From assembly GCA_963706025.1 (NCBI GenBank), contig CAVPLM010000008.1, forward strand, positions 96,001 through 160,000: a stretch of DNA of 64,000 nucleotides, in the 5' to 3' direction. A model generated the notes under the pieces. That model did not search any database and was not told the origin of the DNA. It saw nothing but the letters and a program-made list of their open reading frames with translations. Positions 37,532-47,080 of the stretch are shown piece after piece. The position numbers and the translations under genes are program-made. The stretch's first letter is position 1. Every line of letters begins with the position of its first letter. This DNA comes from an uncultured Actinomycetes bacterium. Its GTDB lineage: Bacteria; Actinomycetota; Thermoleophilia; RBG-16-64-13.

Positions 37532-39235
37532 ATGATCCTCGACGCACACGACCGAGTTGCCGAGTACACCGCGGCGGGCATCTGGGGCGACAAGACGCTG
37601 ATGGACCTGGTGATCGAAACCGCGGCGCTGACACCGGACGCCGAGGCGCTGGTCGACCCGCCCAACCGCGCCGACCTCATGCCCGGCGAGCCGCGACGGC
37701 TCACCTATCGCGAGCTCGTGGCGCAGGTGGACGATCTCGCCGCGGCGCTTCTCGGCGCCGGCCTGCGCAAGGACGACGTACTCATGGTGCAACTGCCGAA
37801 CACCGTCGAGATCGTCGAGGTGCTGCTGGCCTGTGCCCGTCTAGGCGTGATCTGCAGCCCCGTGCCCGTGCAGTTCCGCACCCACGAGCTGCGCTACGTG
37901 ATGCCGCTGCTCGAGCCCAAGGCCTTCATCACCTGCGTCGAGTTCGAGGGCCACGCCCATCTCAACATGGTGCGCGGCCTGCAGCCCGAGTTCCCCAGCC
38001 TCACCACCATCATCGCCACCGGGGGCGACGTGCCTGCCGGGGTCGTCGCGCTCGATGCGCTGCTCCTCGAGCCGCAGGACACCGCCGCCCTCCGCGCCGA
38101 GCTCGAGCTCCATCCGGTGGACGCCAACGACATCTTCACGGTCTGTTGGACCTCCGGCACCGAGGCGGACCCGAAGGGCGTCCCCCGCAGCCACAATCAC
38201 TGGATGGCGCCGGCCTGGGCTCCCGTCGACGGGGCCCGGCTCCCGCGCGGGTGCACCGTCCTCTGCCCCTTCCCGATGGTCAACCTGTCGGGCATCGGAG
38301 CGATGATGACCGTGTGGATCCTCACCGGCGGCAAGATGGCCCTGCATCATCCCTTCAGCCTCCCTGTGTACCTGCAGCAGATCGCCGTGGAGAAAGCCCA
38401 GTTCCCCGTGGCTCCGCCCGTCCTCTTGACGCTGCTCCTGCGCAACGAGGAACTGCTCGCCAAGGCCGACCTCTCCTCGGTGATCTGCATCGGCTCCGGT
38501 TCGGCGCCTCTTTCTCCGGCGATGGTCGCCGGGTGGCAGGAGCGCGGCATCGTGGTGATGAACTTCTACGCCGCCAACGAGGGCCAGGTACTGGCGAGCG
38601 GCATCGACGACTGCCCCGACCCCGAGGACCGGGCGCGCTTCTTCCCCCGGTTCGGCGCCGAGGGCTTCGCCTTCACCAACCGCTGCACGCGCGGTATGCA
38701 GAGCCGATTGGTCGACCCGGTGACGGGAGAGGTCATTGAGGAGCCCGGCCTACTCGGCGAGCTCCGCGTCAAAGGCCCGACTATGTTCCCCGGCTATTGG
38801 CGGCGGCCCGACCTGACGGCGAAGGCCTTCGACGACGAGGGCTACTTCCGCACCGGCGACCTCTTCGAGGTCGGCATGGCCGGGGGCGAGCCGTCCCGCT
38901 ATCGCTTCGTCGGACGGCTCAAAGACCTCATCGTGCGCGGCGGGTTCAAGATCGCCCCCGAGGAGGTCGAGAACCTGCTCGCGGGGATGCCTGCGATCCA
39001 AGAAGCGGCGGTGGTCGGACTGCCGAACCCACGGACCGGGGACGAGGACGTCTGCGTGGTCGTGGTCCCCAAGGCGGAGCACACCGTGACGTTGGCGGAC
39101 ATCAAGGCGTTTCTGAAGGACAAGGACGTCGCAGCGTACAAGGTCCCGCGCAAGCTCGTGGTATTCGATTCTCTGCCGCGCAACGCCCTCGGGAAGGTGA
39201 TCAAGCGCGAGATCAGGGAGAGGGTCGGGGCCTAG
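37532..39235 (+). CDS. Class I adenylate-forming acyl-CoA ligase
   Basis: WTSGTEADPKG, FRTGD, GRLKDLI.RGG, LPRNALGK. Confidence 0.9.
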   Translation: MILDAHDRVAEYTAAGIWGDKTLMDLVIETAALTPDAEALVDPPNRADLMPGEPRRLTYRELVAQVDDLAAALLGAGLRKDDVLMVQLPNTVEIVEVLLACARLGVICSPVPVQFRTHELRYVMPLLEPKAFITCVEFEGHAHLNMVRGLQPEFPSLTTIIATGGDVPAGVVALDALLLEPQDTAALRAELELHPVDANDIFTVCWTSGTEADPKGVPRSHNHWMAPAWAPVDGARLPRGCTVLCPFPMVNLSGIGAMMTVWILTGGKMALHHPFSLPVYLQQIAVEKAQFPVAPPVLLTLLLRNEELLAKADLSSVICIGSGSAPLSPAMVAGWQERGIVVMNFYAANEGQVLASGIDDCPDPEDRARFFPRFGAEGFAFTNRCTRGMQSRLVDPVTGEVIEEPGLLGELRVKGPTMFPGYWRRPDLTAKAFDDEGYFRTGDLFEVGMAGGEPSRYRFVGRLKDLIVRGGFKIAPEEVENLLAGMPAIQEAAVVGLPNPRTGDEDVCVVVVPKAEHTVTLADIKAFLKDKDVAAYKVPRKLVVFDSLPRNALGKVIKREIRERVGA

Positions 39236-39273
39236 GCTCGCACAGGCCGCCCGGGCAGCGCGCGGGGCCCGGG

Positions 39274-40521
39274 TCACTCCTCGTAGCGCCGGAATACGAG
39301 GGAGACGTCGTGACCGCCGAACCCGAACGAGTTCGACATCGCCGTGCGTACCGGCACGGTCCGCGCCGTATTGGGCACATAGTCGAGGTCGCAGGCCGGG
39401 TCCGGGTCGGTGAGGTTGATGGTGGGCGGTATCGCGCCCTCGGTGATCGCGCGCACGCAGAACAGCGCTTCGATGGCGCCGGCGGCGCCCAGCAGGTGCC
39501 CGGTCATCGACTTCGTCGACGAGACGGGCACCTGAGCCGCCCGCGGGCCGAAGGCGACCTTCAGGGCGCGCGTCTCGCTGATGTCGCCGGCCGGCGTGGA
39601 GGTCCCGTGGGCGTTCACGTAATCGACCTCGTCCGGAGACATACCCGCCTCCCTCAGCGCGGCGGCCATGGCCCGCGCCTGGGATTCGCCCGTCTCGTCG
39701 GGCAACGCCATGTGGAAGGCCTCCGAGCTCATCCCGTAGCCCACGATCTCCGCGTGGATCCGCGCCCCGCGGGCGCGGGCGTGTTCGAGCTCCTCGAGCA
39801 CGAGGATGCCCGCGCCCTCACCGATGACGAACCCGTCGCGGCCGGCGTCGAAGGGGCGGGATGCCTCCTGCGGTGCCTCGTTGCGCGTGCTCAGGGCCCG
39901 CATCACGTCGAAGGCACCCACGCCGATCTCGTTGATGCCCGCGTCGGTGCCCCCGGCGAGCATCGCCACGGCGGCGCCGCGGCGGACGATCTCGAACGCG
40001 TCGCCGATCGCGTTGGCGCCGGCGGAACACGCGGTGCAGACGGCGCTCAGCGGACCCTTGAGCCCGAGCTCCAGCGAGACCTGCGCCGCGGCCATGTTGG
40101 GGAGCATCATCACCGCAAAGAACGGGCTCAGGCGCTTCGGTCCCTCGGTGAGCAGCACCCGCGACTGCTGCTCGAACGTGCCCAGCCCGCCGACGCCGCT
40201 GGCCACGACGGCCCCGATGAGCTCCGGCTCCGCCGCCACGGCCAGCCCCGCGTCCTGCACCGCCTGGCGGGCCGATGCTACCGCGTACTGTGAGTAAGGG
40301 TCCATGCGCCGCGCGGCGCGCTTCTCCATGAAGTCCTCGGGGTCGAAGCCCCGCACCTCACCGGCGATGCGCGAGGTCAGACGTGAGGCGTCGAACTTGG
40401 TGATGGCACCGATGCCGCTCTCCCCGGCGAGCAGCCGGCTCCAGACCGTCTGGCCGTCGTTGCCCAGGGGGCAGATGATGCCCGATCCGGTGATGACCAC
40501 TCGACGTGGCCCGTCATTCAT
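39274..40521 (-). CDS. fabF: Beta-ketoacyl-ACP synthase II
   Basis: RRVVITG, TACSAG, NAHGTST, KSMTGHLLGAAG, SNSFGFGGH. Confidence 0.95.
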   Translation of the reverse strand: MNDGPRRVVITGSGIICPLGNDGQTVWSRLLAGESGIGAITKFDASRLTSRIAGEVRGFDPEDFMEKRAARRMDPYSQYAVASARQAVQDAGLAVAAEPELIGAVVASGVGGLGTFEQQSRVLLTEGPKRLSPFFAVMMLPNMAAAQVSLELGLKGPLSAVCTACSAGANAIGDAFEIVRRGAAVAMLAGGTDAGINEIGVGAFDVMRALSTRNEAPQEASRPFDAGRDGFVIGEGAGILVLEELEHARARGARIHAEIVGYGMSSEAFHMALPDETGESQARAMAAALREAGMSPDEVDYVNAHGTSTPAGDISETRALKVAFGPRAAQVPVSSTKSMTGHLLGAAGAIEALFCVRAITEGAIPPTINLTDPDPACDLDYVPNTARTVPVRTAMSNSFGFGGHDVSLVFRRYEE

Positions 40522-40837
40522 GCCCGGTCTCCTTCGCAGGGCTGAGGGCGTGCACTCCCGCCTGGGGCACGCCCTCGCGCGTCGGTCGCCAGTAGATAGT
40601 GTGACACATCCCACTGGCGCCCGCCGTCGCATGCGAACGTCCCGGCGCAGGCCAGCAGGAAGAGCCGCCAGTCGACCTGCGGTTCGCTTGCGAAGCAAGA
40701 AGGAAAAGGTGCATGATACGAGTGGAGCTGTGCCAGAGACCAGTTCGACTCGGCCGCTCTGTCATTTCTGAGACGCGAAAACGGGTCTTGCTGACCCGTT
40801 TGTCCCATCCCTACGCCGGGCCACGTGGAGGCCGACT

Positions 40838-41804
40838 GTGAAAGTGACGTGGTACCTGCTTGACTCCGGCAGATTCATTGAGGGTTCAGCCCCCGCCGGA
40901 TGGCAAGCGGCGAGCCTAGACCCGACGAGCGAGATCTGGCTCGATATTGAGAACCCCGAACCAGAGCAGCTCCGCACACTCGCTAGCGCCTCTTGCGCTT
41001 CATCCCCTTGCGCTCGCGCGCTGTCTGATCCCCAAGAACATACCGGGGGTGCTGTCTTTCGAGTCGGCGGTCCTGCTGGAGTTCCCGGCGGTGCTCGCAG
41101 CTGAAGCCAACGACCCCGCATACCTGACGCTGGTTCTGCGGGCCGGTGTGCTGCTGACCCTTCGCTCAGCCCCGATGCCGGCTCTCGATGATCTCGTTCA
41201 GGAACTTATGGGGGACAAAGCAGCGGCCAGCGAGGACCTTGCTCAGCTCATGTATCTCATCCTCGATCACCTGGCCGATCTGAGCGTAAGAGCTGAGATC
41301 GACGTCCGCGATCAAGTGCTGCGCACTGCTCGGACTCTCACTGAGGATCCAGCCAGAGTCGACGCGGCGGAGCTGACGAGGCTGAGGTGGCAAGTGGACA
41401 GGCTGGCTTCTCTCATCGAGAACCAGCTCTATAGCGTCGTCGGACTCAAGGCCTCGGACAACCCGGCTCTGAAGCAGCCTCATCGCGACGCATATCTGCA
41501 GGACCTCGTGTCGGAGCTGGAGCTCGCGCAGAGGGGGACCTATCGCCTTGACAGTCGGGTCAATGATCTCTACAGCTACTACCAGATGACCCAGAGCGAC
41601 CAGGTGGACAGGCGCTTGCGCATCCTGACCATCGTGTCGGTGATCGCTCTGCCGCTAGGCCTGATCGCCGGACTGCTGGGAATGAACGTAGGCGGTCTCC
41701 CGGCCACCGAGACCCCGTGGGGATTCGGTATCGTGATGGTGCTCATGGTGGGCATAGCCTTGACCGAGCTGCTCTACTTCAAGCGTAGGGGCTGGTTTCG
41801 CTGA
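40838..41804 (+). CDS. corA: CorA family divalent cation transporter (frameshift near 40980)
   Basis: WLDIENP in the upstream frame; LTIVS..GMNV.GLP and two C-terminal TM helices. Confidence 0.85.
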
Positions 41805-41978
41805 GTCGCTCATGATCGTGGTTCCGGACTAGAGGGTGAGGGAGGGACCGCAACGCCCCCGGTGATCGTCACCAGCGGGGTTTGGACCCCGGGGATTACA
41901 GGTACACCGATAGAGACTCTGGGCAACAGGCGCAGAGACCGGGGTCACGCAACGCGATCCTCTTTAGGGGGTTCGATC

Positions 41979-42209
41979 ATGGGCATTCTGGCGTGGATCG
42001 TGTTCGGTGGCCTGGCCGGCTTGGTGGCCGGATTCCTCACCGGCGGCGGTGGAGGCATCATCTACAACATCATCGTAGGCATCGTGGGCGCCCTGCTGGG
42101 TGGGTTCATCATGAACGCGTTCGGAAGCACAGGCGTCACCGGATGGAACTGGCGAAGTTTCGGGGTGGCCGTCCTCGGGGCGGTAGTGCTGCTGACATAC
42201 TGGGACTGA
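41979..42209 (+). CDS. GlsB/YeaQ/YmgE (transglycosylase-associated) membrane stress protein; 3' end probably frameshifted
   Basis: MGILAWIVFGGLAG..NIIVGIVGALLGG..VAVLGAVVLL. Confidence 0.88.
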   Translation: MGILAWIVFGGLAGLVAGFLTGGGGGIIYNIIVGIVGALLGGFIMNAFGSTGVTGWNWRSFGVAVLGAVVLLTYWD

Positions 42210-42271
42210 TCGCGGGCGAACGCGGCCCGCGGGCGGGGCCGCTAAGCTCAGGTTCCCGCCGAAAGGAGAGC

Positions 42272-42388
42272 ATGATGCCAAGAGTCAGAGGGAAGCGCAG
42301 TCCAAGATGGCCGTGGCTGGTCCTCACTGTCATCATCATCGCCGTTGTCGTGTTCGTCGTGTTGTGGGCGACGGGCATCATCTACTAG
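42272..42388 (+). CDS. Small single-TM protein (38 aa)
   Basis: RBS AAAGGAG; MMPRVRGKRSPRWPWLVLTVIIIAVVVFVVLWATGIIY; paralog at 45518-45628. Confidence 0.7.
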   Translation: MMPRVRGKRSPRWPWLVLTVIIIAVVVFVVLWATGIIY

Positions 42389-42401
42389 GGAGGTAGCTAC
42401 C

Positions 42402-42909
42402 ATGCGCAAGGGCAAAGACGCCGGCGGCCTGCTGGTGATCACCAGAGACAGTGGCGAAGAAGGTGGGAAAAGTCGAGGACCTGATTCTCGACCGTCAAGG
42501 CAGCCGGATCCTCGGGATCTTGGTGGACGAGGCCGGATGGTTCAAGGAAGCCACGGTCGTGCCCTGGCCCTCGTTTCGGGTTATCGGTCTGGACGCCGTC
42601 ATCATCGACGAGGAGGCGAGCGTCAAGAAAGCCTCAGAGGTCCCGGAGATGAGCGAGGTCCTTGAGGGTGGCAATGTGCTCGTCGGAGCCCGGGTAGCGA
42701 CCACCGATGGACGGGAGCTGGGCAAGATCGAGGATTTCTACTTCGATCCCGAGACCGGCATCGTGAAGGGCTTTGAACTCTCCGGAGGCAAGGGGCGGTC
42801 GTTCCTTCCCACCCCGGCCAGCTTTCAGGCCGGCAAGGACGTGGCCTTAGTCGATCCATCCGCCGTGGAGACCATCACCGATCTGAAGGAGGCTCTGCGG
42901 GACGCCTGA
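42402..42909 (+). CDS. Double PRC-barrel protein (frameshift near 42458)
   Basis: G.LVITRDSG..VGKVEDL..IGLDAVI..TTDGRELGKIEDFYFD. Confidence 0.85.
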
Positions 42910-43116
42910 CAGAAGCCCGAGCAAAGCCCGTCGTCTAGGCCGGAACGGACCTGCTGCCAGACGGCGTGGCCGGGCTGTCACTCGGTGCGAACACGCGGCC
43001 CAGAGAACCGGGTGTTCGCCGACCTACACGTCGTCGTGGCTCCGGACACCTCGATCGAGCGCGCCACGAGATGCCCACGCCATGGATTGAATTCGAGGAG
43101 CGCCGAAGCGTCTCGG

Positions 43117-44250
43117 TCAGGTCCTTGGTGTCGGGCCTCCGCTCTTATCTCTCTTGAACCACCACCGTGCCCGTCTCCTCGTTCGCGCAGGATCGTCGCC
43201 GGATCGCAGCAGCAGGGCGAGCGGCTCGGTCTCGGGCGAGGCTTCGAGGAATATGGTCCTGACCATCATGGTCATGGGTATGGAAAGAAGCGCTCCGATC
43301 GGTCCCAGCACGAAACCCCAGATGAGCACGGACAGGAACGATACCGCCGCGGGCAGGTCCATGCCCGACTTGAGGAATCTGGGCTTGAAGACATTGTCGG
43401 ACACGAAGTTGATCACTATGTATCCCACCAGCACTCCGATGACCATGCCCCAGCTTCTTTGGAGAATGGCCAGGGTCAAGGGAGGCACCAGAGCGATGAG
43501 AAACCCCACGTTCGGGATGTAGCTCATGATGAAGGAGAGAAAGGCCCAGGTAAACGGGTAGGGCACGCCGAGGGCCCAGAGCAGAGCGAAGTTAAGGATG
43601 GCCACCACCACGGCGAGGACGGTGGTGATCCACAGATAGCTGCGGGTTTCGCCGGTCCACTGCAGCCATCTCCGGAGGGCCGGGCGATCCTCTCCCAAGG
43701 CTTCATAGAACCGCCTACGAAAGCCCGATACTTCCACGAGCAGGTAGGCCACGATGAAGATTATGAGGCTCACGCTCTTGAGAGCGCCGTAGAGCGCAGA
43801 AAGAGCGGATGATGCCCAACCGACCACGTTCTCCGGTTTCAAGATCTGCTCTTCGATCACCCCCGATATGTCGAATCCCCAGCCGGCAAGAGTGTCCACA
43901 AAGTCCTGCTCCAAGGCCGTCAACTGGTCCTGGAGTTGAGGCAGAAGATCCCTCGTCTGGAAGATCATGAACGACATGAGGAAGAGCAAGGCGAGGATCA
44001 CGATCACGATGACGAGAAGGGAGACGATGTACGCGAGCACGGATGGCACACGTCTCTTGGTCAGGATTCCCACAAGGGGACTGGCCCCGATGACCACCAC
44101 GAGGCCCAGGAGGATCGGCGCAGCCACGCTGCGAGTGGCTCGGATACCCAGAGCGAGCCCCACCAAGACCGCCAGCATGAGGACTGTCCGCGCCACCGAC
44201 GGCCATGCGTTTGTATGAAGTGGCTCCTTGGGCTCCAAAGTCACCACCAA
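43117..44250 (-). CDS. AI-2E family transporter (start uncertain)
   Basis: Multiple TM helices, YIPNVG, DN.FKPR, WGFVLGP.GALLSIP. Confidence 0.9.
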   Translation of the reverse strand: MVVTLEPKEPLHTNAWPSVARTVLMLAVLVGLALGIRATRSVAAPILLGLVVVIGASPLVGILTKRRVPSVLAYIVSLLVIVIVILALLFLMSFMIFQTRDLLPQLQDQLTALEQDFVDTLAGWGFDISGVIEEQILKPENVVGWASSALSALYGALKSVSLIIFIVAYLLVEVSGFRRRFYEALGEDRPALRRWLQWTGETRSYLWITTVLAVVVAILNFALLWALGVPYPFTWAFLSFIMSYIPNVGFLIALVPPLTLAILQRSWGMVIGVLVGYIVINFVSDNVFKPRFLKSGMDLPAAVSFLSVLIWGFVLGPIGALLSIPMTMMVRTIFLEASPETEPLALLLRSGDDPARTRRRARWWFKRDKSGGPTPRT

Positions 44251-44473
44251 CGGGGGTCGACGCTGCTCCTCGTCGTGACATACCCCATTTGCCGACCATG
44301 TAGTCGGCGGCGACTTGGTGCTGGTAGAAGCCGTCGCCGCGGTTTGCCTGTCGGCGACGACGCTCCGAACCTTCCCTTCATCGACCACCAAACACACAGA
44401 ATACCCTTAGTGTAGGCATTCGCGGTCCGCCGTGGAATAGCATGGGAGTTCACGCCACTGGGGGAGGGAAGGA

Positions 44474-44962
44474 ATGGAAGACCATAACGTGAGCAGGCGG
44501 CTCCAAAACCTGGAGGCAGAGGTAAGCGAGCTTCTTCTCCACCGCACAGCAGCAGACGTCAACGCCATCCACGACGAGAGGCTCACCCCGGGTGATCGCA
44601 TGGCCGACTCTCTGGCCGACGCCGTGGGCAGCTGGCGTTTCATCGTCTCGTTTCTGATCTTCATCTTCCTCTGGATGGCTCTGAACGTGGTGGCCGCCAT
44701 CCATCACTGGGATCCCTACCCGTTCATCCTTCTCAACCTGGTGCTTTCGTGCGTTGCCGCCCTACAGGCGCCGGTGATCATGATGAGTCAGAACCGCTTG
44801 GAGACCCGGGACCGACTGCGGGCGGAGAACGACTACGAGGTGAACGTGAAGGCGGAGCTCCTGCTGGAGCACCTCACCGAGGAGATCGAGGGCCTGAAGC
44901 GAGGCCTTGTCTCGCTGGGAGCGCGCACTGAGCCGGACGAGGGCACTTCCCAACAGCCCTGA
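44474..44962 (+). CDS. DUF1003 family membrane protein
   Basis: GSWRF, DPYPFILLNLVLS..AALQAPVIMMSQNR, DYEVN.KAE. Confidence 0.93.
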   Translation: MEDHNVSRRLQNLEAEVSELLLHRTAADVNAIHDERLTPGDRMADSLADAVGSWRFIVSFLIFIFLWMALNVVAAIHHWDPYPFILLNLVLSCVAALQAPVIMMSQNRLETRDRLRAENDYEVNVKAELLLEHLTEEIEGLKRGLVSLGARTEPDEGTSQQP

Positions 44963-44973
44963 CCCGCCTAAGC

Positions 44974-45497
44974 TCACCAGCTCTGTTTGAGTGCCTCTTC
45001 CAAGTCCTGCAAGGTGTCGGCCGCCTCGGGCGACACGAAGGCCACGTCCTTGCCCGCCTCGAAACTGGTGGGCGTAGGTAGGAAGGAGCGGGACGTCGTT
45101 TCCGCCCGGTGCCGCCGGAAAGCTCATAACCCAAGATCCTTCCGCTCTTCTCGTCGAAGTAGAAGGCCTCGAACTTGCCCAGATCCTGCCCGTCGGTGGT
45201 GCGTACGCGGACTCCGGCGAGCACGTTGCCGCGATCGAACACGTCTTTCATCTCCGGGACCTCTGAAGCCTTCACTACGCTGGTCTTGGAATCGATGACG
45301 AGGGTGTCCTCGCCTACGCTAAGCACTGCCGGCCAGCGTACGACGTGGGCGCCGCTGAACCAGCCTTTCTCGTCGACCAGTACTCCCAAGACTCGGCTGC
45401 CCGTTTGGTCGACGACCAGGTCCTCGACTCTCCCTACCTGCTCCCCCGCGTCGCGGGTTATCAGCAGTCGATGGATGAGTTCGCTTGCCTTCAACAT
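44974..45497 (-). CDS. Double PRC-barrel protein, paralog 2 (frameshift near 45095)
   Basis: LITRDAGEQVGRVEDL..KASEVPEM..TTDGQDLGK; RSFLPTP..DLEEALKQSW in the shifted frame. Confidence 0.85.
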
Positions 45498-45517
45498 GCT
45501 AATCGTGCCTCCCGCGA

Positions 45518-45628
45518 CTAGAGTATGCCTTCCAGGAAGAGGACCACTACCACCACGATCACCACCACGACCAGCGCCGCCAGCGCCCACCACAGCGCGT
45601 TCCCCCGGCGGTTACCCATCCTCGGCAT
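45518..45628 (-). CDS. Small single-TM protein (36 aa), paralog of 42272-42388
   Basis: Manual translation MPRMGNRRGNALWWALAALVVVVIVVVVVLFLEGIL; same position before a PRC gene. Confidence 0.7.
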   Translation of the reverse strand: MPRMGNRRGNALWWALAALVVVVIVVVVVLFLEGIL

Positions 45629-45680
45629 GCCTGTCTCACCTTCCCTTCGTGCTCTCGGCCGTGTTCCCGTCTAGCTCGCT

Positions 45681-45824
45681 CTAGCGGCGGCGGAACAGCG
45701 AGACGACGAGAGAGATCAACCACACGATGAACAGCGCCAGTGCCACCCAGAACAGGGCCTTGACGACGAAGCCCAAGCCGAAGACGACGAGCACGATGAT
45801 GATGAACAGGATGAGCCAGAGCAT
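45681..45824 (-). CDS. Small hydrophobic membrane protein (47 aa)
   Basis: MLWLILFIIIVLVVFGLGFVVKALFWVALALF..RRR; RBS GAGGGG. Confidence 0.75.
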   Translation of the reverse strand: MLWLILFIIIVLVVFGLGFVVKALFWVALALFIVWLISLVVSLFRRR

Positions 45825-46104
45825 GTTGTCTCCCCTCTTCGTTCTGTGAAGCCCATCGCAGTATGACCGCGGCGGTCTTTTCGCCAGGTGCCTGGCTATT
45901 TGTATCCCCCGGCCGCGCCCACTCGAAACTCTCGGCCCTCTGGCTTCCACGCTTCCCTGAACCCCGGCTTCTTCTGTCCTCTTGCGATATCCCTCCGATT
46001 GAGAGTAGCCACGCGCTTCGTGCTGGAATCGCCGCAGAAAGGGGTGATGCCATCGTGGATGTGGTCGCCTGAGCCGCCCACACGCGCACAAGGATTCGAT
46101 GCGC

Positions 46105-46899
46105 TTATGGCAGATATGTGCGGCCGTAAAATCCGATCTGCTCTTCCTTAGAGAAAACGACGCCGGGCCGGTCGAAATACGAAAAGACGGCGATGATTCG
46201 TGCGCGGGCCCCGCGCACCGTGCCGACCATGTGCGCTGTGTTCTTGCCCCGGAACACGTTGAGGGTTCCGGCTTTCAGTCTCAACGTCCTAACGTCGGGG
46301 TCGTCGCCGGCGAGCAGTCTGGCGACGCCATCATAATTCGGATCATCATCGGTCCGGAGGTCGGTCCGGTAGACGAAGTCACCACCCTCTTCCGGCGCCT
46401 GCAGCAGCAGGGTAGTCGTAAACTCGCTCCGGTCGAAATGCCAGCCCAGAGCCTCGCCATCGCGATAGGCCATGACGTTCACCCGCGCCAGATCATCGCG
46501 CATAGGATAGAGGGATTCCTTCTGCATCGTGGTTGCAAGGAAGGTGATGAAGGGGGGCCACTCGTAGATCCACAAGGGCACGGACTGAATGATCTGGTCG
46601 GCGCAGATCGTGTGGTTGATGGTTTCGGCGGTCTTGAGCGCGGGATGATCCGCGGGCAGGCCCGGGATGTCCTTCGCGAAATAGATGTTGTGACGGCGCC
46701 GCTGGGCGAATGAGAGCGAATCCAGTACGGGGCCGACTTCGGTGAGGGCCTGATCCAGAGCCTCCGGCCTCACAAAGTCCTCAAGGTTGTACATGCCGTC
46801 GCGGGCAAGATCGGCCTGGCAGCGGGCCACCAGAACGTCCCAAGCGGCGCTACCCGGCTTGTCGAGCGGATAGCGGTCAAGATCAAGAGTGTTGCGCAT
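46105..46899 (-). CDS. 2OG-Fe(II) oxygenase, BesD/ArpA-like fold
   Basis: LGWHFD..FTTTLLLQ.P..GG.F..FRG..AH.V..R. Confidence 0.8.
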   Translation of the reverse strand: MRNTLDLDRYPLDKPGSAAWDVLVARCQADLARDGMYNLEDFVRPEALDQALTEVGPVLDSLSFAQRRRHNIYFAKDIPGLPADHPALKTAETINHTICADQIIQSVPLWIYEWPPFITFLATTMQKESLYPMRDDLARVNVMAYRDGEALGWHFDRSEFTTTLLLQAPEEGGDFVYRTDLRTDDDPNYDGVARLLAGDDPDVRTLRLKAGTLNVFRGKNTAHMVGTVRGARARIIAVFSYFDRPGVVFSKEEQIGFYGRTYLP

Positions 46900-47080
46900 A
46901 TTGTGCTCCCCTCAGGTACGGCGCCGCCTCCTTCTCATATTTGGAGAAGAATGTACCCGCGGAACGAACGCCGGTAACTTGCGATAGCTGGTCGTGGACA
47001 CGGGGTGCGAAGTACCCTGTATACTCCGCGGTCCCCACCGGCGCCGCCGGCCACCGACAGAAAGGTCCCCAACCGCGAAC

